Part shown: positions 55,253-64,000 of the stretch, one piece after another | How positions within the stretch are numbered: position 1 is the first letter of the stretch | How the letters are laid out: each line of letters starts with the position of its first letter | Source of the DNA: Syncephalis fuscata S228 | Lineage: Eukaryota; Fungi; Zoopagomycota | Direction: 5' to 3' | DNA length: 64,000 nt | Assembly (NCBI GenBank): GCA_025786725.1 | Contig: JAHLTZ010000029.1 | Location: 248,001-312,000, forward strand | The notes under the pieces: model-generated | What the model saw: the letters and a program-made list of their open reading frames with translations, nothing else | Database searches by the model: none | Told to the model about the DNA's origin: nothing | Translations under genes and position numbers: made by a program

Positions 55253-55904
55253 ATGACTTCCGCGTAAGTTATCATATCTTTAATACGTTTAAATAATAGC
55301 AACAATGTTTAACACGATTACTATACCTGTAGTGTTCGCCACCCTGAGGTTCTATGGGCTCAACGTACCGAGACGCTATTGATTACCATCAACTTGCGCG
55401 ACATTAAGAACGAAACCGTCGAACTATTGCCCAATCGCATCACTTTCAAAGGTGAATCGGATGGTGAAAAATATGCATTTGATATTGAATTGTACGCCGA
55501 GGTAGTGCCAGAGGTAAGTTAATCACTAACCAGTCAATCAAATGCAGTTTAAATAATAAATATATGCCATTGATCATGTAGGAATCGAAGCAGGCTAAAA
55601 CCGACTTCAGATTGGCCATGATTGTTAAAAAGAAGGACGAGGATCAGCCATACTGGCCACGCTTGCAAAAGGAAAAGACGAAGCTTGCCTTTTTACGTAC
55701 CGACTTTAATCAGTGGCGCGATGAAGACGAGCAAGATGAGCAGCCAGAAGCTAATGCTGGTATACAAGGAGGATTCCAGGCATGGAAGGCATGGACTTTT
55801 CACAATTTGCTGGTGCAGGCGGTGATATGAACTTTGATGCTATGATGGGAGGCGGTGAAGAAGACGACGAGGAAGACAACGAGGAAGCGAATGCTGCATC
55901 ATAA
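55253..55904 (+). CDS. SBA1: Hsp90 co-chaperone p23; 3 exons, frame break ~55776
   Basis: HPEVLWAQR, YWPRLQKEK, FLRTDFNQWRDEDEQ and an acidic GM-rich tail. Confidence 0.92.
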
Positions 55905-57894
55905 GCTGGAAATACTAGCACGTAAATAATAAACAACTGATTATTAATCATTGTACGTCTATTGTATACAACCATTAATGCAAATGGTAGAATATGCATG
56001 CCCATCTAAATGGTAACCACCGCATGTTGTAATTCGATGGTCTATTCAATCATCACGCCATGGGTAGATTGATTATTCGCGTGTATTGTTTAATAAAGCT
56101 CAGTCTATTACCATGACATTGTTTGATATATGACGTCAAGCGTCGGTGCACACTACCATGTGGAAAAAAGTGGTGGTTAATGGGGTGAAATGTTCGTTTG
56201 TAAGCACGATTACTGCAAGCATGTACATATCAACACGTGTAGTTTCATGCGGAGGATGAAGTACCAATCAATGAACCTGTAAAAACCTCGTGCCCGTTTC
56301 AAACAATAAGGAAAGTGCCGTTGGCCGTATCGCGAATAAGCTAGTTAGTATGCTAGCTAACTTCTGCGGAGAAGATAGGCTGTTACCACTGCTGTTTCTA
56401 CTGCTTCAGCTATTCATAGCAAATAACGCAGGCCATAGCGCGTGAACACCGTTTACACAGCAACAATAGCGACCCTCAAAGCTGTAACCGGCACCCTTCT
56501 GGATCTGCCCCGTTCGATTTGACATTAGCTGTAACTGTGCTTGCACGATCGTCTGGTTTAGTAAAGAGATAGACTCAAACAGGATTATCAAGCCTTGACT
56601 TGCGTGTTTATTCGCTCGTAGTATAGCTCGGGATTCGTCTTAAAACATAGTGCCAATTCTATTTGACTTGGCCGGATAATTAGCTGAGGGCATAGTAGCC
56701 AAAAGTCAAGAGATTAGGAGAGATGGCCGGGGTATCTTAGATAGTGTTTTATTAAATGATACTATCCGACATGAATAGATGCTTAAAGGTCGAGGCCATA
56801 TGTTTCATGAAAAGTCCTTCTATTAAGTTCAAGGAAATGATCATCAAACGTGTCTATTTACAGACGTGTTATTATTGATAAAAATAGTTTATAATTAATA
56901 GATGTCATCAATATTACACCACTTTAAAGCATCTCTATTATATTCAAAATAATAGGCAAAATCCAATGCCGCATGCGTTGTTCAAAGCTGCATATTCTTG
57001 TTTCTATTGCTATTGTTGCTGCAAGAGACAATTGCCGCCATCCTTGCTGGCCGCTGCAATACACGGTAATCCCAAGGCCGTGATTCGAAAGAAACGTCAC
57101 CTTAGAGAAAACCTGTGTTCACCTTGCCCACCATGCTCACCCGATATGCAAGCAAAGGCGGAGTTATAGAACAGAAAACTGTGTATGGATGTGGGTATGT
57201 GTGACGACAACGACAGTATAGAGGTCGAAAAAGAGCGAAAGAATGAGCAAGTAAACGTGTAGGGATGTGAGTACAATCAGAATCGTCTTTATTTAGCGGT
57301 GCCTTATTACATGGCATAAAGGTTGGCATATCGACGATATTGCTGTAATTATTAGCGTTGATGACACGATGCCAATCATGTAGACATGATCAGTGCTGCT
57401 GCTGCTGCTGCTGCTGCTGTTATTGTTGTTGTTACTGTTACTGTTACTAATACAACAGCTGATGCTGCCCCTTAATTCCTCCTCATTTGTTAGACTAGGT
57501 TCTCTGACACGCGTGGACCCGATGGCTATGTGACTATGTGACTATGGATGTGGAGGAGCATGGATGTGCGCGCAAGGCGTCATTGACCGCCACATGGACC
57601 TGAGAACGACACGACAAGCAAAAGCCAAGATAGAGATAGAGAGAGCCGTACGAAAAAGGTAAGAACAATAGAGCCAAGAAACCATCCGTGCCATGTTGTC
57701 GCGTTGCTGACAGTCTATCCTGCAGATGACCGGCCTTTTCCTTTTTCTTACCGTGCTGTTGCTATAGCCATCCAGTTTGCGCGGTTCTAGTCTTTGTCGT
57801 TGCGTTGTCGTCGTCACTATCGTAATAGCCATAATAATAATCTCGTTCTCAACATCGCCATTTTCGTTTATTATACCATTGAATTATTACACGC

Positions 57895-58000
57895 CCACTT
57901 TTTACACTTGCTTACTCGTTCACACCTTGCACCTACACTCACCCACTTTTACACTCACTTTTACACTCACACTCACTTTTACACTCACTTCTTCACTCAA
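57895..58000 (+). repeat. ACACTCACTTTT-type 12-mer degenerate array in the bZIP leader
   Basis: Directly visible. Confidence 0.7.
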
Positions 58001-59968
58001 GATTCTTTTCATCATTTGCCGTTTTCATTTTTTGCTCTGCGCCTTCCGTTGACAGCTTGCGTTGAAGATACACACTTTTTTCTCGTCTTCGTTTTCATCT
58101 TCACTCTCACTTTCACTCTCTATATACACACAATTGACAGGTTTGCATTGTCAGGGATACAACAGCTAGCAGTATTGTTGCTTACTACACTTCACTCTAT
58201 TATACTACATTCTACTTTAGTACACTTCTTTTATTCAGTACCGCCACTATTAGAGCACTTTTGTTGTGCTATTGCGCCATCATTGTCATAACTACCGCTA
58301 CTATTACTCGTACTGCTACTGCTAATACTACTGCTACTACTATTACTACTACAAGGCGACTTCCCCTGCTACCTACTACTTAGTAATACTATTACCGCTG
58401 CTGCTATTCTTTACAAGCAAGACTATTACTGCCTTTGTCATTGCGTTTTCAACAAGCTGTCACACTACACTACACTACACACTTCATTGACTTTATTATT
58501 CGACACGCCTCACACTCTACGCTACGCATTCCGACTACACATCATCCATATACAAGTACCATTAACACCACTAAAGAAGCAATAATAGCTACTATCGCCG
58601 CACTATTACTATTACTACTACTACCACTGCTACTATTCGTGGCTATACTATTGCCGAACCATTGAAGAATCGTTACTATTAATTCTACTGTTACACTGCA
58701 ACTGTTACTACGTCTAGTACTTTATTCATCGTAATTATTTTATTTTACTATTTGCTATAGACCGGTTATTTTGAGTTGTTTCCTACGTAGTTAGTTCATT
58801 TTGCAACTATCATTGCTGCGTCAACTACACCACAAGTTTTCTGGTAAGTACACTATAGATAGTATGATAAGCATTGTAGATGATGCTCGGCATCTACGTG
58901 TGCGCCTACGTGTGCGTGTGTGTGCGCGTGTGAATGTGAGCGTGCGTGTATGTATGTATGTACATATTTAGTATGTACGATGTATGTATGCGTGATGTAG
59001 ATGAATGAACGAATTGTGATGTGTATATATTTGTGTGTATTTGTGTGTCCATATAGATGTGACATACTGTTATAATGTGATGGCATAGTGTGATATCACT
59101 CCATTGATACAATAATGGCCATAAACAGTAAAAGGATGTGTAGTAAGAGTGTTTATTAATTAGCACATGACTGACATGTTAATTTCAATCCCCGCTATTC
59201 TATACAATTGTTATCTACAATGGACAACAATGCATTGGTGGTGGAGAATGAAACTGGCATGCTAGTCATGTGCTAATTACCAAAAATAATCTTTCTATTA
59301 GCCGGCCTTATTTTTAACTGTAAATATTCTGTCACAGTAATACCATTGACTATTTAAATGATTGGCTTTTCGCTCCATTTTATTCAGTGATCAATACAAT
59401 TGATATATTAGGATAAAATATGTTTATGGTTACTCTTTATTAGTGTTTGACATATGGATGCTAGTGACGACATCATTGACGTTGCTGTTGCCATTGAGTA
59501 TTTCATGTGACCACCATCGCGTCATGAATGGATAGGTTGTGGCCATTGTGTTCTTTCATTGTATGTTTGCTTTCCTCTTCTTCCCTTCTATCATTGCCTG
59601 GCCTTGCCTCGTGCAACCGCCAAGTATAGAATACGATTGCTTCACGGCTACATCGTTTCTCTCCGATCGCATCATCTGTTCTCATTTTCTAAATGCAACT
59701 ACTGCACATTCTCTAGCATGGTAAACACCGACCATGACGAGTGTCGTGATGGCGCGGTCTTAATATACGTGTGTACGTATGTGGATATAGTTGTAGATAA
59801 GCGTGAGTATAGGAATGGCGGTTATGCATACACGTGTGATTTGTATGATTTGTGGGAACTAGAATGTGACTTTTCTGGTATTTTTTTCTATTTTTTTTTC
59901 ATGCCCAGCCTTTTGTAACCGGCACACACACACAAACAGCCTTTCAGCTGTATTGCACGTAGACAGGC

Positions 59969-59976
59969 TGACGTCA
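59969..59976. promoter_or_regulatory. Perfect CRE (TGACGTCA) with overlapping CACGT, inside the bZIP leader intron
   Basis: ggcTGACGTCAcgtc. Confidence 0.45.
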
Positions 59977-60325
59977 CGTCCTTTGTAGCAATTTATCTCC
60001 TGGTTTTTCTTTTTATTCTTCAGACTGCCTTTTCTTCATCGCCGTCGGCATACTACTATTTTTCTTGACTAATCTTTAGCATTGTACGTCTCATCATTAT
60101 TATACGACGAACGTCAATCTATGCTGTCAACGAGTGGTGTGCATATACCCACTATTCATCTGCACTACACTTTTCTTATTCGTACAATTTGTTACTTGCT
60201 ACACTGAGCTAAATCACAATTACTAACAACTATTTGTGTCTGTTGTACTCCTATTACTATTGCCAAATAGTTTAGGCTATTTTCTTTTCTTTTCGGCCAT
60301 TTCAACGTTTATTTGCTATACTGTT

Positions 60326-61602
60326 ATGTCGTCATCTTTAGACACCCGTGTAATCTCATCGCCGTTGGCGGCACTTTCGATGGTGGCCACCAGCAGCTTG
60401 GAAGGCAGAGATCTCTACTTTCTAAGCCATGAAGCAAGCCACGCTACTGCCTCAGCACCCGCTTCGCATGCCGGCTCGGCTCCTTCTTCACCATCGGTTG
60501 GTCCTACCCACATGGACGATCTAGGCTATCACCATCGCAAGCGCAAGTGCTTGGCCGCTGAGGACCATTCGCACTTGCCTGAGCGAGCATGGTCTCCTAA
60601 GGCCCGTTCACCTTTAGGACATGTTACCTCTACAGGCAGTGAACGCTTGCCACCCATGTCATCGTGGTCCGATCACGGTAGAAGCAGCAGTGCACGTGAT
60701 GATAACCCGTATCCATCTCCGCGTTTGCCTGCCATTCTACCAGCCACGTCATCGGGCAGACACCATCCACACCATTATCACCATCAACAACAACACGAGT
60801 CTGGTCTACACTCTATGCGATCACAGCATACAGCATCAGGCGGCCTAGCCTCTTTATTGAACCCAACAGATGCCAATACATCGCCTTCACTGCCTAGATC
60901 ACATGGATCAAGCGAGTTGTATGCCCCGGCGGCTACACGTCGCGGCTACGGCAACGCCATTATGTCGGGTGGCCATCCAGACTTTGCTACACGCTCATCG
61001 GCTTCACCGGTCCCAGCTCACCAGGTCGCGATTCACTCTACGGCAATGAATCGCCCAATCGTGCCGGCAGCGTTGACGGTGGCTCACGTTCTGCTACACC
61101 AACGTCTGGCGGTACTTTGCACATGACGCCAGAAGAGCGCAGACGGCGTCGTCTTGAACGCAATCGTTTAGCAGCTCGTGAATGCCGCCAAAAGAAGAAG
61201 GTATACGTTCAAGAACTAGAGGACCGCATGGAGCGTATGGAGTCGGAAAACCGTCGACTTCGCAAGGAGATTGAAGAGCTAAATGCAAAGCTAACACTTG
61301 GATCTATGCATTTGGATCGACGAGGTATGTTTGAAGAAGCACGTATGGCAGGTGGCCGACAAGCTACAACGCCTATGGCTACTGATGGTTCAACAAGTAC
61401 TGATCGATCCACTGCATCTCCTGTAGCATCGATGGGCACTGATGGTATTGTTCCTACACCTCCACCATCGAATGGATCCTATGTTATGTCACATCCGGTG
61501 GATATACTTTCACGGGACTTGTCTGTCTCGCCAATACTGCCCAAGCCAGTGATTCCATTATCACACGGTCGTCCCCACTCTGACAGCTGGTCATCGGTTT
61601 AA
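60326..61602 (+). CDS. CREB/ATF-family bZIP transcription factor; frame break ~61012
   Basis: Basic region RRLERNRLAARECRQKKKVYV plus leucine zipper. The upstream Ser/Pro/His-rich frame joins it if one base is restored. Confidence 0.88.
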
Positions 61603-62521
61603 CCGGAGTGAATACAGCCATCCAAACATACACATACACCCCACCCCCCACGATATTCGCTATGACATACATGCATACCCACTATGATATCCGACCTACA
61701 ACGACTTCGATAGCAACGACAACTATGTAACGATATATTAATAGTTGTAATAATAGTAGTAGCAATGGCAGCAATACACAATAGCCGCCATTGCAGTAGA
61801 ACAAGCGTCATGACCTGCAAGATGAATGATGTGTACATGATCCAATGGTTTTAATCCCCCTTCCCTCCAGTTGGTTGCACGGTTGTTGTCGTTGTTATTG
61901 TTGTCGTTTTATTAATATATACATATACGATGGTCATTGCGATATTTGGTATTTGTACGATTGCTGTTATTTACCTAATAATTCCACTTTCATCGGTATT
62001 TGCGCGGAAGAGTTATATCTTATTTTTGTCCTTTTTTCTTTCTATTATGCGGGTGTCTATTCTTATCATTGATTGTGTTATGGGAGCCTATTCTTGTTTC
62101 CACATGCTTGAAGGGCGTTTCCAGTTTTGATATACTGTTCATTGAGCTGTGTATGTGCATCTTTGATATACTGCACAACTCAATAACGGACCGCAGTTTC
62201 ATTTTACGTTTTCTGTATGCTCTTATCAGCTTCTCTCTAGCGGTTATTCATCCTCATAGACGTGTTTAACACTAAAACAGAAGCGGGAAAACTCCTGGTA
62301 TGTATTCACACGACAGAGGAATAAATAGTCTATCTATTACAGCTTTAGTCTACCATCATTAAGTATTGCACTTGTAGTAATGTCAATTAGTTATTCAATT
62401 TATTCATGATCAAAATACATTACAATAACTTGGACACATTAAACACTTTAACATAATAAAAGATATTAGTAGATCTTGTCATATGAATGAGTTCTTATTG
62501 AAAAATACTGCAGCAAATAGT

Positions 62522-63185
62522 TTAAGACACCAATGCGGCGTTCAATTTTACCAAAGCCTTTTTACACTCGTCAAAGCTTTCTTGGTATTCGCTAGTATCC
62601 TCTGACTTGCGACCGCCACCACCTGGCACGATCATAACACAGGATGTGGGACGTTTGGTACGGCCAGCAGTGCCTAGATCCTCCTTGGATGGCACGAAGC
62701 AGTATGGAATGCTATTATCTTCGCAAAGGACTGGCAAGTGTGAAATAACATCAATGGGCGAAATATCACCGGCTAGAATAACAACACTAATCAATTGTAT
62801 ACGATAATAATAGTAATGATAATAGTAATAGTATAATCACAGATTAGTACATTGTTAACCAGCTGATTTATATGCTTGCTTACCCCTTCTCTCCCTTGCG
62901 CAATGCCTTGACGACTTCACGCACACCGCGCTTGACGTGGCGTTGTTTGGCGGCTATTATCGACAAATAAATATATACACATGATTAAATAAATTAGTAT
63001 AATAGCCTATACATTTTATACAACAAATAGCTACCTTTCTTAACGGTCTTCAGTAGCTTCTTGTTAAGCTTGTCCTCGGCCAACGGATGAGCAATTGGCG
63101 ACGTGAGTAGAACACGATCTGTGACTTCGCTTGGTGTAGTGTCCACCTCCATGGCAGAAGTATCCGTCTTTGATTTTTTGCCCAT
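62522..63185 (-). CDS. NHP2: H/ACA snoRNP subunit Nhp2 (L7Ae family); 3 exons
   Basis: SPIAHPLA, VKRGVREVVKALRKG, ILAGDISPIDVISHLPVLCED and KRPTSCVMI. Confidence 0.95.
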
Positions 63186-63508
63186 AATGATAGTGAAAAC
63201 CGTGAAACTAAACGTGTATACAAATAATTAAGGCTGGTTTCAACAAATACTACAGCTATCGAGTATGCGATAGAGCTGCAAAATTGAGCAAGATCTTACC
63301 TAACGTAACGGATCTACACGATAATAAAAAAGAGAAAGCAAATGTATTGGGTTTTTTTCTTCTTGATTAATTATATTTTTTATTTTCTAAATGGAATCGA
63401 GTCGACACAACTTGAACTCCATTGGAATCAAAGCATTTTGTATATCGGTGTGTTTTATAGCCATTTTTTTCTTTATATTGTGTCGTAGTACTAAAACAAC
63501 TGAGCGTC

Positions 63509-64000
63509 ATGTCACTAGTACTGGCGGTAGACGACTATGTGGTGCGTTGGTTGGTGGGCCAGCATTCCCGTTGAATTCAAAGTCGACTTATAGTGCGGCT
63601 AGCAGGTTATCTGCTACACGGGCAGCTGTATTTGGTTATCGACAGCTTTATTCAACACTTCAGCAATACGGGCAAGTAATAGTACTATATCACCAAATGA
63701 TATTCAAACTTATCAGTTCTACTAGTTTAAAGAAAGGGATTTGGATTTAGAGAATTTACGGCAGATGCATTAGAAATTTCTCAATTATTGCACACATTGG
63801 TATGACTATAATTGAAGTAAAAGTGGATTTTAGTTGATTAATTAAATGTATAACGACATAGATCACGGCAAAAGTACATTGGCTGATCGGCTATTGGAAA
63901 TGACAGGTAGTTTTACTAATATTTATATAGCGCATCTTGGTTTTAATTGATTTGGTGTTCTAGGCACTATATCGACTCGATCGGCAAACAAACAAGTACT
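63509..64000 (+). CDS. GUF1: Mitochondrial translation factor GUF1/LepA, 5' part (partial)
   Basis: IRNFSIIAHI|DHGKSTLADRLLEMT|GTISTRSANKQVL. Start codon uncertain. Confidence 0.88.

Noticed and set aside
56480-56530. SRP RNA or spliceosomal snRNA
   Set aside because: Only a short chance resemblance (minus-strand GAACGGGGCAG); the pairing partner and other conserved motifs are absent.
61000-61126. Ire1-type (HAC1/XBP1) unconventional splicing or programmed frameshift in the bZIP gene
   Set aside because: The bZIP lies downstream of the break, unlike HAC1. No paired cleavage hairpins were seen, one extra C in GTCCCAGC repairs the frame, and similar breaks occur window-wide.

Overview
Gene-dense, AT-rich eukaryotic DNA with short GT-AG introns (mostly 45-75 nt, CTAAC/TACTAAC branch points). 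It is fungal; by inference an early-diverging, probably Zoopagomycota/Syncephalis-like mycoparasite, based on intron style and a lineage-type 7TM family. About 28 genes are supportable. Housekeeping genes: ERV29 3' end, RPL7, CTK1/CDK12, CPSF2, LONRF, PEP4, NSUN5, a UFD1-zinc-finger protein, HSP78, CEM1, ICT1/PTH4, PIK1, ARF1, COA2-like, LDB17, PCC1, SBA1, a CREB/ATF bZIP, NHP2 and the GUF1 5' end. An accessory block at ~13.5-28.7 kb holds two 7TM paralogues with near-identical 520-bp flanks, a WS/DGAT acyltransferase, a GPI-type secreted protein and a frameshift-riddled cystathionine gamma-synthase. Best new observations: (1) an unannotated micro-exon gene (3-, 12- and 20-nt exons) for a 104-aa secreted coiled-coil protein; (2) a 667-nt, heavily base-paired RPL7 intron 1, plus a box C/D snoRNA of snR39b/SNORD2 type in intron 2; (3) a 1.1-kb AUG-free leader and 1.4-kb intron with a perfect CRE in the bZIP gene. 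Many conserved genes carry 1-nt frame breaks that most likely reflect assembly errors. No tRNA, rRNA, CRISPR or intact transposon was seen.
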